Shown in pieces: positions 29,058-39,648 of a stretch of 63,271 nucleotides of DNA. The stretch's first letter is position 1, and every line of letters starts with the position of its first letter. The notes below the pieces were generated by a model that made no database searches, was not told where the DNA came from, and saw only the letters and a program-made list of their open reading frames with translations. Source of the DNA: a virus (taxonomy: Duplodnaviria; Caudoviricetes); the IMG/VR virus record IMGVR_UViG_3300008459_009572, positions 1 through 63,271 of that record. One strand, written 5' to 3'. The position numbers and the translations under genes were made by a program.

Positions 29058-29615
29058 ATGAAAAAAGCAAAAGCACTTATTATTACTTGGGAAAAATTCC
29101 AAGACCATGAATTAATTTACCCTTACTATAGTTTAAAAGAAAATGGTTACGAGGTAACTCTAATGGCTAACAAAGTAGGTAAAATTTGGGGTTCATTAGG
29201 TACCCATATGCCTTGTGATGTTGAAACTTCAATATTTGAAGATGAAACAACAAGACAACAATATCTAAATGAATATGAAATTCTATTAGTACCGGGAGGT
29301 GTTAAAGCACTTGAAAAAGTAAGACAAGAAAAAGGAGTACTTAAATTTATTCAAGAATGGAATACTGCTAATAAAACAATATTCTCAGTATGTAATGGAG
29401 CTCAATTATTAATATCTGCTAAAATATTACAAGGACGAACAATTTCTGGCTATTATTCAATTGATGTTGATATTGAAAATGCAGGAGCAACTTATGATAG
29501 AGGCCCTGTAGTAGTAGATGGTAATATTATATCTTGTCCCCATTATGATTTTATGGGTGATTGGATGAGAATAGCTTACGAAGTACATGAAAAAAGAGAA
29601 AATGAGCAATTATAA
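29058..29615 (+). CDS. DJ-1/PfpI family protein
   Basis: FQDHE, LVPGG, SVCNGAQLL nucleophile elbow, VVVDGNII. Confidence 0.9.
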   Translation: MKKAKALIITWEKFQDHELIYPYYSLKENGYEVTLMANKVGKIWGSLGTHMPCDVETSIFEDETTRQQYLNEYEILLVPGGVKALEKVRQEKGVLKFIQEWNTANKTIFSVCNGAQLLISAKILQGRTISGYYSIDVDIENAGATYDRGPVVVDGNIISCPHYDFMGDWMRIAYEVHEKRENEQL

Positions 29616-30270
29616 TAATAATATAGTTAGGAAACCATGGGGGTATGAATATTTAGCATACCAAAATAAAGATGTAGCCTTATGGTTTCTTTATATAGCT
29701 CCTAAACAAAGAACCTCATTACATTGTCATCCTAATAAAACAACAGGATTGATATTATTAGATGGTGAGGCTGAAGTATCGTTTTTAAATAATAAAACTA
29801 AACTTAGCCCTACTAATAAAGTAATGATCCGTAAAGGATTATTTCATTCTACAGAAGCAATAAGTGAAAAAGGAGCTTATGTGTTTGAAATTGAAACCCC
29901 TGTTGATAAACAAGATTTAGTTCGCTTTAAAGACAGTTATGGTAGAGAAGGTAAACCTTACGAAGATGAAAGCTTTGAGATACCTAAAGCAGAAGATTGT
30001 TTATGGATATATGAACCAAAACTAAATGAATCTAAATCATATAATTTTGTTGATTGCTTGCTTGAAGTAAAAAGTATTATTAACATAGATAAATTTAATG
30101 ATATAGATGATTCATTAAATATAATGTTTTTAAAAGGTGGTATATTAGCCGAATATGGTCAAAAAGTGGCAGGACCCGGAGATATAGTAATAGCAAGTAC
30201 TATTAAGCAACTAATTGAAGTATTTCCTAAAGTAGATCCTGAAACAATAATAATGATTTTTAAAAAATAA
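29602..30270 (+). CDS. Cupin-domain protein
   Basis: KPWGYEY, SLHCHPNK, FHS, DLVRFKDSYGR. Confidence 0.75.
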   Translation: MSNYNNNIVRKPWGYEYLAYQNKDVALWFLYIAPKQRTSLHCHPNKTTGLILLDGEAEVSFLNNKTKLSPTNKVMIRKGLFHSTEAISEKGAYVFEIETPVDKQDLVRFKDSYGREGKPYEDESFEIPKAEDCLWIYEPKLNESKSYNFVDCLLEVKSIINIDKFNDIDDSLNIMFLKGGILAEYGQKVAGPGDIVIASTIKQLIEVFPKVDPETIIMIFKK

Positions 30271-30273
30271 ATA

Positions 30274-30660
30274 ATGGCTAATTTTTATCCTCCTGGATTT
30301 GAAAGTAAAAGAAAATGTGTTGCTATTGACTTTGATGGTGTAATACATAATGCTTATCAAGGATGGGGAGATGGTACTTGCTATGGAGATCCTTTACCTG
30401 GTTCTATAGATTCAATTAAAAAACTAGCTGAAAAATATGATATTGTTATCTTTACAGCTAAAGCAAAACCAGATCGTCCTTTAGTAGATGGAAAAACAGG
30501 ACCTACATTAGTAAGAGAATGGTTTGTAAAACATGGTATTGATGAATATATTAAAGATATTACTAGTGAAAAACCAAGAGCAGAATTATATATCGATGAT
30601 AATGGTTATCGTTTTAAAAATTGGGATGATACTTTAAAATTTGTAGAAAATGAGTTATAG
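30274..30660 (+). CDS. HAD-superfamily phosphatase
   Basis: IDFDGVI, FTA, KP..ELYIDD. Confidence 0.8.
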   Translation: MANFYPPGFESKRKCVAIDFDGVIHNAYQGWGDGTCYGDPLPGSIDSIKKLAEKYDIVIFTAKAKPDRPLVDGKTGPTLVREWFVKHGIDEYIKDITSEKPRAELYIDDNGYRFKNWDDTLKFVENEL

Positions 30661-31480
30661 ATTAAACGTTTTTAAAAAAGCATCGTTTTGTAGACACTTT
30701 GAAAATGCCGTTTACAAAAATGTACAAGATAAAAATATTAAGTTTCCTGTTTATCTATCTGCAGGTCAAGAATATATTCCTGCAAGCATATCAACTATGG
30801 TAGAAGATAAAAATATTGAACCTAATATATTCATTCAACATAGAGGACATTCAACTTATCTCTCATTTGGAGCAGATCCAATTGCTTTAATTGATGAATT
30901 GCTAGGTAGAAAAACAGGATGCGCTAATGGAATGGGAGGATCAGCTTCAATTCAATCATTAGAAAAAAATATATACGGACATGATGGTTTAATGGGTAGT
31001 CAAGTCCCTATTGCTGTAGGCCACTGTTATGCTACTCGTAAACCAACTATCGTAACAATGGGAGATGCATCAGCAGAAGAAGATTATGTATTAGGAGCTA
31101 TGGGTTGGGCATCAACTAAAAATTTACCTATTTTGTTTGTAGTTGAAGATAATAACTTATCTATACTAACAGAGAAAAAAGTAAGACGCAATTGGGAAAT
31201 GGACAGTGTAGCAAAAGCCTTTAATATGGAAGCTCATAACATAAATGATAATCCTATTTCTATTTGGACTACATTATGTAACTATAATTTTGACAGACCA
31301 ATGCTTCTAAATATAAACACTACTAGAAAATATTGGCATTCAGGAGCAGGACAAGATGGAGATAATTTTGATCAGTATGAAAGTGAAATGAAATTATTAG
31401 GAGAAGAAGCAATTCAAATAGATATTGAAAATAAACAATTAGTAGAAAAGTTATGGCAACAACAGTTAGAGAAACAATAA
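30650..31480 (+). CDS. TPP-dependent dehydrogenase E1 alpha-like
   Basis: SAGQE, HRGH, GMGGS, GDA...EDNN TPP motif. Confidence 0.88.
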   Translation: MSYRLNVFKKASFCRHFENAVYKNVQDKNIKFPVYLSAGQEYIPASISTMVEDKNIEPNIFIQHRGHSTYLSFGADPIALIDELLGRKTGCANGMGGSASIQSLEKNIYGHDGLMGSQVPIAVGHCYATRKPTIVTMGDASAEEDYVLGAMGWASTKNLPILFVVEDNNLSILTEKKVRRNWEMDSVAKAFNMEAHNINDNPISIWTTLCNYNFDRPMLLNINTTRKYWHSGAGQDGDNFDQYESEMKLLGEEAIQIDIENKQLVEKLWQQQLEKQ

Positions 31481-32382
31481 AAGAAATAACTCGTAAACAT
31501 CTTACTGAAGGCAAAGGTAAATGTTATGGACAGTGTCTTACAGCTGTTGGGTGGGTAGGTGGTACTTTACCTGAGTTATATGAAAAAGATGGAATGGTAG
31601 AATTATCTATGGCTGATGTGGCTGGAGGAGCAATAGTAACAGGAGCTGCTTTATCAGGCGAAAGATCAATTTATGTAGTTCGCTACCAAGGATTTCAATG
31701 GTATAATGCTGCATCAGTAGTTAATTATGCTGCTAAATCAAAAGAAATATGGGGTAGACCTTGTCCTATACTTGTAAGAAGCATAGCAATGGAAGGAGGA
31801 ATAGGACCTGTAGCTGGTTCGTCTCATCATTCTCTAATTCAGCGTATGCCTGGTATTAAGGTATTATCACCGATGACTCCAAAAGAATATCAACTAGCCT
31901 ATGATCTGTATATGGCTGATGATGATCCATACTACATCTCAGAACATAGAAAATCATATGACAATACTGAAGAACTAAATGATATAATTAGTAAAGATGA
32001 AGTTGATTTTACAATATTTCCTATTTCAATTACTCGTTTAGAAATGGATAAACTATTAAAATTAGCTGAACAAGAAGGAATTAAATTAAATATAGCTCAT
32101 CAGTTGTGGATTAGACCTTTCTATGTAATGGATAATTGGATTACATCTTTACAAAATTCTAAATATGGTGGTTTAGTAACAGATGATGATTATGTAGAAG
32201 GTGTAGCTAGTAGTATAGCTAATGAATTAAGTGTGGCTACTGGAAAAATAGTTCGTACATTAGGCTTAGAATCAAGAACAGCTGGATTCCATCCATCTGT
32301 AGATAATCTACCCCCAACAGCCGAAAAAATACTTGAAAAACTAAAACAAATAAAAAATGAGTTTCAGTTGGCCTCTAATTAA
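31453..32382 (+). CDS. TPP-dependent dehydrogenase E1 beta / transketolase-like
   Basis: Follows E1 alpha; GSSHH, MPGIKV..PMTP, ISEHR. Confidence 0.8.
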   Translation: MATTVRETIKEITRKHLTEGKGKCYGQCLTAVGWVGGTLPELYEKDGMVELSMADVAGGAIVTGAALSGERSIYVVRYQGFQWYNAASVVNYAAKSKEIWGRPCPILVRSIAMEGGIGPVAGSSHHSLIQRMPGIKVLSPMTPKEYQLAYDLYMADDDPYYISEHRKSYDNTEELNDIISKDEVDFTIFPISITRLEMDKLLKLAEQEGIKLNIAHQLWIRPFYVMDNWITSLQNSKYGGLVTDDDYVEGVASSIANELSVATGKIVRTLGLESRTAGFHPSVDNLPPTAEKILEKLKQIKNEFQLASN

Positions 32383-33520
32383 TGATAATATTACTCAACA
32401 TGATAGAGAAGTATTAGCCGATTTCTGTTTAAATGGAAAACGCTTTACTAATGGTGAAAAAGTAAAAGAATTTGAAAAAGTATGGTCTGAATGGCTTGGA
32501 GTTAAACACTCAGTAATGGTTAATTCAGGAGCATCTGCTAATTTTATTTCCATTGCAATGGTAAAGGAATTAAAAGGAATAGGAGAAATAATTGTTCCTC
32601 CAATTGGATGGGTTTCAGACATATCTTCAGTAGCACAGTTAGGAATGAAACCAGTATTTGTAGATATTAATATGAAAGATTTTAATATCACTGCTGAAAA
32701 TATTAAACGTGCTATTACTAAAGATACTAAAGCAATTGTACTAGTTCATACGTTAGGATTTAATGCTATGACTGATGAAATTGTTAAAATAGCAAAAGAA
32801 AATAATCTTATATTAATTGAAGACTGTTGTGAAGCACATGGTGCTACATTTGAAGATAAGAAGGTAGGATCAATAGGTGATATTAGTTTATTCTCATTTT
32901 ATTTCGGACATCACATTACTACAATTGAAGGAGGTACTGTATGTGTTAATGATGATAAATTATATGACCTAGCTAAGTTATTCCGTTCGCATGGTATGAC
33001 TAGAGAAGCATCTTCTGAACTACAAGAAAGATATAAACTAACAAATCCAGATTTAAATCCATTATTTACATTTGCTGTAGCTGGGTTTAATATGAGATCA
33101 ACTGAATTGAATGCTGTATTAGGTTTAGAACAGATGAAACGTTTAGATTATAATATTGAGTGTCGTAGAAATAATCTTGATACTTGGTTGAAAAATCTTG
33201 ATCCATCTAAATTTATTACTGGTTTTAAAACACAAGGTAATAGTAACTTTGCTTTACCTCTTGTAATGCAAGGTGCTACTAGAGATAAATTAAAAGATGT
33301 ATGTAATGTATTAGCTGAAAACAGGGTTGAATATAGATTAGGAACAGCTGGAGGAGGAAATCAAGCCCGTCAACCTTATCTTAAAAACTTTTCTTACGAA
33401 GTAAGTGGAGTGTTAGCTCAAGCTGATTATATTCACGAAAATGCTCTTTATATAGGTAATCATCCTGAATTAACAGAGGAACAGATTATTAATCTTTGCA
33501 AAAAATTAAATAATGTTTAA
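32357..33520 (+). CDS. NDP-4-keto-6-deoxyhexose 3-dehydratase (ColD/RfbH-type DegT family)
   Basis: VNSGASAN, IEDCCEAHG, SFYFGHHITTIEGG with His replacing the PLP lysine. Confidence 0.82.
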   Translation: MSFSWPLINDNITQHDREVLADFCLNGKRFTNGEKVKEFEKVWSEWLGVKHSVMVNSGASANFISIAMVKELKGIGEIIVPPIGWVSDISSVAQLGMKPVFVDINMKDFNITAENIKRAITKDTKAIVLVHTLGFNAMTDEIVKIAKENNLILIEDCCEAHGATFEDKKVGSIGDISLFSFYFGHHITTIEGGTVCVNDDKLYDLAKLFRSHGMTREASSELQERYKLTNPDLNPLFTFAVAGFNMRSTELNAVLGLEQMKRLDYNIECRRNNLDTWLKNLDPSKFITGFKTQGNSNFALPLVMQGATRDKLKDVCNVLAENRVEYRLGTAGGGNQARQPYLKNFSYEVSGVLAQADYIHENALYIGNHPELTEEQIINLCKKLNNV

Positions 33521-34478
33521 AAATCAAAACGTACTAGTAACAGGTGGTAGTGGAATGATAGGCCGCCAATTGGTAGATCTACTACTTAAAGAAGAAGCTA
33601 TAGTATATGTAGCTGATCTTAACGAACCTGTTAACATGCCTAAAGAAATTAAATTTATAAGAATAGATTTAAGAAACTTTAATGCATGCAAAATGGCTTG
33701 CCAAGATATGGATTATGTATTTAATCTAGTTGGCATTAAAGCATCTCCTAAAGTAACCTTGGAACAACCATTTGATATTATAGGTCCGATGCTTCAATTT
33801 AATACTAATATGATTGAAGCTGCTTTAACAACCCCAAGTGTAAAGTGGTTCCTATATACTAGTACAGTAGGAGTTTATCCTCCTGCTGAGGTATTTTACG
33901 AAGATGATGTTTGGAACGGCTTTCCATCTAGAAATGATTGGTATGGTGGTTGGGCTAAAAGAATGGGTGAGTTACAATGTGAAGCCTATGAAAAACAATT
34001 TGGCGAAGGTAAATGCTCAATTATTAGACCAGCTAATGTTTATGGTCCTTATGATAATTTTGATCCTAAAAACTCAATGGTAGTTCCTTCATTAATTAGA
34101 AAGGCAGTTGAGAATGATATTATTGAAGTTTGGGGAGATGGATCATCTATTAGAGACTTTGTTCATGCTAAAGATGTAGCTCGTGGAATGATGTTTGCTG
34201 TTAAAAATCAAATAACTAAACCTCTTAATATTGGAAGTGGAACAGGAGTTACTATTAAACAATTAGCAGAAATAGTATCTGAATACTTTAACAAACCAAT
34301 TAAATGGCTAACAGACAAACCCTCAGGAGATGCTAAACGTATCTTTAGTATGGAAAGAGCTAGTTCATACGGTTTTGAAAATGAAGTATCACTTAAAGAA
34401 GGAGTAATAGATGCTATCGAATGGTTTATAGCAAATAAAGATATAGTAGATAAAAGATTTAATATTTTAAATAAATAA
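33513..34478 (+). CDS. NAD-dependent epimerase/reductase (GDP-fucose synthase-like)
   Basis: GGSGMIG, WAKR, RPANVYGPYDNF, VWGDGS..RDF. Confidence 0.85.
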   Translation: MFKNQNVLVTGGSGMIGRQLVDLLLKEEAIVYVADLNEPVNMPKEIKFIRIDLRNFNACKMACQDMDYVFNLVGIKASPKVTLEQPFDIIGPMLQFNTNMIEAALTTPSVKWFLYTSTVGVYPPAEVFYEDDVWNGFPSRNDWYGGWAKRMGELQCEAYEKQFGEGKCSIIRPANVYGPYDNFDPKNSMVVPSLIRKAVENDIIEVWGDGSSIRDFVHAKDVARGMMFAVKNQITKPLNIGSGTGVTIKQLAEIVSEYFNKPIKWLTDKPSGDAKRIFSMERASSYGFENEVSLKEGVIDAIEWFIANKDIVDKRFNILNK

Positions 34479-34480
34479 AA

Positions 34481-35440
34481 ATGGGATTTTATACTGGTAA
34501 AAATGTATTAGTAACAGGTGCGGCCGGAATTACAGGACACGCTGCTGTTAAAAGATTATTAGCTGAAGGAGCTAATGTTAGAGCTACAGTTTATAGCAAC
34601 AGAGCATTAAAAATTGATCCACATCAAAATCTTGAAGTAGTTAAATGCGATCTTATGAAACATGAAGATTGTATGGATGTGTTAAAAGGTATTGATGTAG
34701 TATTTAACTTTGTAGCATTTATTAGAGGTGCTAAAGGTCAAACTGAATATGGAAATGCTTTAGACTTGGTAAGGAATAACTTATTTACTTCAATTAATAT
34801 GATTGATGCTGCTGTTAGAAGTAAAACCCCATTATTTGGATTTATTGGCAGCTCAACTATGTACCCAGATGTTTCTCACCCAGTAAATGAAGATGAAGCA
34901 TATGACTCTGAACCTCATAAACTATATAGAGGTGTAGGTTGGATGAAACGATATGTAGAACAAGTAATTCGCTACTATCAAGACATTTCAGAAACTAAAT
35001 TTGGAGTTGTTCGTACAACAGCAATCTATGGTCCACACGATGCATTTAACGAAAACGGACATGCTATTCCTCAATTAATTCTAAAAGCAGATTCAGGAAT
35101 GAATCCATTTGAAGTATGGGGTGATGGAAGTCAAACACGTGATTTCATTTATGTAGATGATGTTGTTGATGCTGTTATGACTGTAGTTGAAAAAGTACCT
35201 ACTGGAAGACCATATAATGCTTCTACAGGTAAAGGAACAACTGTAACTGAATTAGTAGAAACTATCACTGACATTTATGGTTATAAACCTAAATTTAACT
35301 ACGATATAACCAAACCAACTATGATACCAGTACGTTTAGTAGATGTATCTAGAATTAAAAATGAAGTTGGATGGGAAGCTAAAACATCATTAAGAGAAGG
35401 ATTAGAAAAAACTATTGAGTGGTATAAAAATAATAAATAA
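34481..35440 (+). CDS. NAD-dependent epimerase/reductase (GDP-fucose synthase-like)
   Basis: GAAGITG, WMKR, IYGPHD, VWGDGSQTRDFIY. Confidence 0.85.
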   Translation: MGFYTGKNVLVTGAAGITGHAAVKRLLAEGANVRATVYSNRALKIDPHQNLEVVKCDLMKHEDCMDVLKGIDVVFNFVAFIRGAKGQTEYGNALDLVRNNLFTSINMIDAAVRSKTPLFGFIGSSTMYPDVSHPVNEDEAYDSEPHKLYRGVGWMKRYVEQVIRYYQDISETKFGVVRTTAIYGPHDAFNENGHAIPQLILKADSGMNPFEVWGDGSQTRDFIYVDDVVDAVMTVVEKVPTGRPYNASTGKGTTVTELVETITDIYGYKPKFNYDITKPTMIPVRLVDVSRIKNEVGWEAKTSLREGLEKTIEWYKNNK

Positions 35441-36450
35441 TGACTAATGTTCTTATTACAGGCATTACAGGAATGGTAGGTTCTCATTTAGCCGATTTTC
35501 TATTGGCTAATACGGATTGGAAAATATATGGTTTAGCTCGTTGGAATGATTCATTAGAAAATATTGAGCATCTGTCTTCTGAAATTAATAGTAAAGAACG
35601 TATTGAACTTATATATGGTGACTTAAATGATCTAGCTTCATTATTAGTTGCTGTAGACAAATCAAAACCAAATTATGTATTTCATTTAGCTGCTCAATCT
35701 TATCCTCAAACTAGTTTTGATGCTCCTATTGAAACACTTCAAACTAACATTCTAGGAACAGCCAATCTACTTGAAGCATTAAGACGCTCAGAATATAAAA
35801 ATGCTATTATTCATATTTGTGCTTCAAGTGAAGTATTTGGACGTGTACCTAAAGATAAACTTCCAATTAACGAAGAATGTTCTTTCCACCCAGCTTCACC
35901 TTATGCAATATCTAAAGTTGGAACTGATTTAGTAGGTCGTTATTACGCTGAAGCATACGGAATGACAATTATGACTACACGTATGTTTACTCATACTGGT
36001 CCTAGACGTGGAGATGTATTTTCAGAATCAACATTTGCTAAACAAATAGCAATGATTGAAGCCGGATTACAAGAACCAAAAATATACGTTGGTAATTTAG
36101 AATCACTTAGAACGTATGCTGATGTTAGAGATGCTGTTAAAGCATATTATATGCTTACAACAATTAATCCTCAACCAGGAGCTTATTATAACATTGGGGG
36201 TACTTATACTTGTAAGATTGCTGATATGCTAAATTACCTAATAAGTAAATCAACAGTACCTAACATTGAAATTATAACCGATCCTGAACGTTTAAGACCA
36301 ATTGATGCTGATTTACAAGTACCAGATACAACTAAGTTCCAAAAGCATACAGGATGGAAACCAGAAATACCATTTGAAAAAACAATGGACGATTTATTAG
36401 AATATTGGAGAAATAAAGTTAAATCTGGACGTAAATTTTTAAGGCGATGA
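35440..36450 (+). CDS. gmd: GDP-mannose 4,6-dehydratase family
   Basis: ITGITGMVG, HLAAQS, SSEVFG, SPYAISK, RLRPID. Confidence 0.8.
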   Translation: MTNVLITGITGMVGSHLADFLLANTDWKIYGLARWNDSLENIEHLSSEINSKERIELIYGDLNDLASLLVAVDKSKPNYVFHLAAQSYPQTSFDAPIETLQTNILGTANLLEALRRSEYKNAIIHICASSEVFGRVPKDKLPINEECSFHPASPYAISKVGTDLVGRYYAEAYGMTIMTTRMFTHTGPRRGDVFSESTFAKQIAMIEAGLQEPKIYVGNLESLRTYADVRDAVKAYYMLTTINPQPGAYYNIGGTYTCKIADMLNYLISKSTVPNIEIITDPERLRPIDADLQVPDTTKFQKHTGWKPEIPFEKTMDDLLEYWRNKVKSGRKFLRR

Positions 36451-37175
36451 AAATACTAGTAATAGGGGATAGCTGTACTGATATATTCAGATACGGTAAA
36501 GTAGAAAGACTAGCACCTGAAGCACCTGTTCCTGTTATTGTCCCTGAAAGAGAAGAATCAACACCAGGTATGGCAGGGAATGTAGTTAGGAATCTTGAAG
36601 TATTAGGAGCTAAAGTTGAATTTATTACTAATATAGCTGAAATTAAAAAAATAAGATATATTTGTTCTAAATATAACCATTTACTTTTAAGAGTAGATGA
36701 AAATGATAAATGTGAAAGAATAGTACTAGGAAATATACATTGGAATGAATTTGATGCTGTTGTAATTAGTGATTATAATAAAGGATTCTTAGATGAATTA
36801 GACATAAAATACATCTCAGAACAACATCCATTAGTATTTTTAGATACTAAAAAAATATTAGGAAAATGGGCTCATAAAATTAGTTATATTAAAATTAACT
36901 ATCAAGAATATTTAAATAACCGCTCAGTATTAGAATATGATTCTATTCTAAATAATAAAACAATAGTAACAAGAGGTAAATATGGATGTGATTTTAAAGG
37001 AATAAATTATCCAACTAAAGAAGTACCTGTAAAAGATGTTTCAGGAGCTGGAGATACATTCTTAGCTGGTTTAGTAGTGGAATGTTTAAGAACAAAAGAT
37101 TATAAAAAAGCAATTGCATTTGCTCAAGAATGTACAACAATAGTAGTTCAAAAATCAGGAGTATCAACAATATAA
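36447..37175 (+). CDS. PfkB-family sugar kinase (RfaE/HldE domain I-like)
   Basis: ERLAPEAPVP, GMAGNV, ISDYNKG, DVSGAGDTF. Confidence 0.9.
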   Translation: MKILVIGDSCTDIFRYGKVERLAPEAPVPVIVPEREESTPGMAGNVVRNLEVLGAKVEFITNIAEIKKIRYICSKYNHLLLRVDENDKCERIVLGNIHWNEFDAVVISDYNKGFLDELDIKYISEQHPLVFLDTKKILGKWAHKISYIKINYQEYLNNRSVLEYDSILNNKTIVTRGKYGCDFKGINYPTKEVPVKDVSGAGDTFLAGLVVECLRTKDYKKAIAFAQECTTIVVQKSGVSTI

Positions 37176-37176
37176 T

Positions 37177-38031
37177 ATGGAAACAAAAGGAGTAGTTTTA
37201 GGTTGTAGAAATGATGGATATAAGGAAGATGAGAGAATAATAGCTTGTCTTAATTCAATGGTGGATACATTTGATGAAGTTTGGTTTTGTGATTGGAACT
37301 CACCAAAAGAAAATGGTCCGTTGTTATGGAGATTAAAAGATAAAATTACTAAAGTAGGTAAAATTAGACATTTTATTATTTCTGAAGATGTAGTTGAAGT
37401 AATAACAGGTGGAGACCCTAAGATTAGTCCTTATGCTTTTATATTAGCTCAAAATATACTATTAAGAAGATGCCAAACAGATTGGATTACTAGTACGGCA
37501 ATGGACATTATAGCACCTAAGAAAGAATACTTAGATGAATTTATATCTAAGGCAGATAAAAATACATTTTATTCTATCTCAAGAAGAGATGTAGAATATT
37601 CTGAATTAGAAACCAGAAACTTTGATTGGAAGAAACTCAGAGATGACATGGATAAAATAAGTGAACCTAGACGTTTCCCAGCTAAAGTAACTCCTAATGA
37701 TGAATATAGTTTAATTAATTGTTGTGGTGATTTTCAAACAACAACTAAAGAAATTTGGCATAATATAAAAGGATTTGAAGAACAAATGCTTTATGCTTGC
37801 TTTGGAGATACTAATGTACAGAAAAAAGCAGTACTGAATGGATATAAATTAGAAGCATATTATGATCTACCACTATATCATTTGTCACATAGAGGAATGG
37901 GAAATGATGGTTCATCACCTTCTAAACAATATTATAATGATGCCTGGGATTGGGTAGAATGGTTTACTGAATCAAATAACACCAGTTCATGGGGATTTGG
38001 GGATACAGAGATTGAATTCGAAATTTTCTAA
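37177..38031 (+). CDS. Hypothetical GT-A-like protein
   Basis: RNDGY, CDWNS, CGDFQ, GFEE, LYHL. Confidence 0.5.
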   Translation: METKGVVLGCRNDGYKEDERIIACLNSMVDTFDEVWFCDWNSPKENGPLLWRLKDKITKVGKIRHFIISEDVVEVITGGDPKISPYAFILAQNILLRRCQTDWITSTAMDIIAPKKEYLDEFISKADKNTFYSISRRDVEYSELETRNFDWKKLRDDMDKISEPRRFPAKVTPNDEYSLINCCGDFQTTTKEIWHNIKGFEEQMLYACFGDTNVQKKAVLNGYKLEAYYDLPLYHLSHRGMGNDGSSPSKQYYNDAWDWVEWFTESNNTSSWGFGDTEIEFEIF

Positions 38032-38058
38032 CTTATATTTATAGGAAATTTTCAGTTT

Positions 38059-38598
38059 ATGATGAAGACTCGTCGCTCTAAATTAGATCCACTTAGCCGA
38101 ATAATAACACTAGGATACATTGATGATGAATCAGTAAACGAAATTATTCAACTAATATATGAGGTTAATGATGAGGACGCTAAAAAAACGCAAGTAGAGC
38201 CAATTAAACTAATAATTAATTCATTTGGAGGAGAAGTATATAGTGGATTAGCTTTAATTGATGTAATTGATAATTCATTAGTTCCTATTCATACTATATG
38301 TCATGGCACAGCAATGTCCATGGGTTTGATAGTATACGCTTCGGGGCACCACAGAATGGCAAGTAAATATGCTACATTTATGTACCATGAAGCTCATTAT
38401 GAATTAAATGGTAAAGTAGCAACCCATAAACAAGAAATAGAAGAAGTAGATCGTACTGAAAAAATATGTGATGATTATATATTATCCAAAACAAAACTCA
38501 CCAGGAAAATATTAAAAGGTGTTAAAGATAAACAAAAAGAATGGTATTTTGATGTAAAAACAGCACATCAATATGGAATAGTAGATGAAATTTTATAA
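38059..38598 (+). CDS. clpP: ClpP-like protease
   Basis: INSFGGEV, AMSMG (catalytic Ser), FMYHE (His), YGIVDEIL. Confidence 0.85.
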   Translation: MMKTRRSKLDPLSRIITLGYIDDESVNEIIQLIYEVNDEDAKKTQVEPIKLIINSFGGEVYSGLALIDVIDNSLVPIHTICHGTAMSMGLIVYASGHHRMASKYATFMYHEAHYELNGKVATHKQEIEEVDRTEKICDDYILSKTKLTRKILKGVKDKQKEWYFDVKTAHQYGIVDEIL

Positions 38599-38620
38599 TA
38601 TTTATACATAAACGAATATA

Positions 38621-38917
38621 ATGGCTGAAGTAAAACCTAAATTAAGAGTAGATGTAAACCATAATCCAACTAAAAAAGGAATTAAGGTACAGTTTGTATT
38701 GCCACAAGCAATTGAAGGTGATGCTAAAGCAGAAGCTACTCAAAAATTACAAACTAAATTAAATCAAGGATTATCTCAATATAATTTAACTGTATCCCAA
38801 GACACAGATGTACCTTATTCTAATGTTATTGGATTCTTAATCCCTATAGCTGATTTTAAGCTGTTCATTAAGAACGCAATCGGCGGAGGAGGATCAGAAA
38901 CACCCCCACAAGTTTAA
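38621..38917 (+). CDS. Hypothetical protein
   Basis: ORF with upstream ATATTTAT motif. Confidence 0.6.
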   Translation: MAEVKPKLRVDVNHNPTKKGIKVQFVLPQAIEGDAKAEATQKLQTKLNQGLSQYNLTVSQDTDVPYSNVIGFLIPIADFKLFIKNAIGGGGSETPPQV

Positions 38918-38926
38918 ATTTAATAA

Positions 38927-39226
38927 ATGAAGAGAAAAGTACCTGTATTTAGAGTAAGTATAAAACCGGGTGCTTCATTCCGTCCACTTACGGAAATACC
39001 CGAGGTAAAAGAAGTAGTAATAGAAGAAACAATAGTTGCGATTAAAGAAGGGATTAAAAAAAAGAAAAAATCAATCTCTTTATTTGAAATAGCAGGTTCT
39101 GATTATTACGTAGAATTAGAAAAAGATAATTGGAAATTATCTCTTGAAAATGCTATTGAATATTATTTAGAGAAAGAAGACTATAATAAATGTATTGAGT
39201 GTAGAGATTTAATTTGTAAGTTATGA
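38927..39226 (+). CDS. Hypothetical protein with C-terminal UVR-like motif
   Basis: EKEDYNKCIECRDLI; paralogous to 41424..41729. Confidence 0.6.
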   Translation: MKRKVPVFRVSIKPGASFRPLTEIPEVKEVVIEETIVAIKEGIKKKKKSISLFEIAGSDYYVELEKDNWKLSLENAIEYYLEKEDYNKCIECRDLICKL

Positions 39227-39645
39227 GTGAAGAACACACACAAGGTATAAAACAATCGATTGAAGACATAATTGGAACTGATACAGTTTTAAGACGTAAA
39301 CGCAAAACAGAAGAAGATATTAGTAGAGAATCATTTGAAAAAATAATACTACTAATGGACGAAATTCAAGTTAGATCAGCTTTACTACATTCTGAATTAG
39401 GATTAGACTATTCTAATTATGATGAAAAATTCTTTGAAATAATAGATAGAATGTTTACTCTTCATTTTGGAAGAGAAGCAGCTGAAATTATTTTCTTTTA
39501 TGTGTATGAAAGAATAAACCCAGATGGCTCTGTAAACGAGTTAATAGATCAAAATAATGAAACAGTTCCGATTAATAGTCCATCTGATTTGTGGTATTTA
39601 GTTAACCACATTAAAAATAAGACTAAGAAGATAGTTAAAAAATAA
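39223..39645 (+). CDS. Hypothetical protein
   Basis: ORF with ATGA overlap. Confidence 0.6.
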   Translation: MSEEHTQGIKQSIEDIIGTDTVLRRKRKTEEDISRESFEKIILLMDEIQVRSALLHSELGLDYSNYDEKFFEIIDRMFTLHFGREAAEIIFFYVYERINPDGSVNELIDQNNETVPINSPSDLWYLVNHIKNKTKKIVKK

Positions 39646-39648
39646 GTT

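Noticed and set aside
30650-32382. Pyruvate dehydrogenase as a central-metabolism auxiliary gene
   Set aside because: No E2/E3 genes and the context is entirely NDP-sugar biosynthesis
17856-38031. Bacterial chromosome O-antigen/capsule locus
   Set aside because: No flippase, polymerase or export genes; the region is embedded among T4-like replisome and phage hypothetical genes with the same promoter motifs
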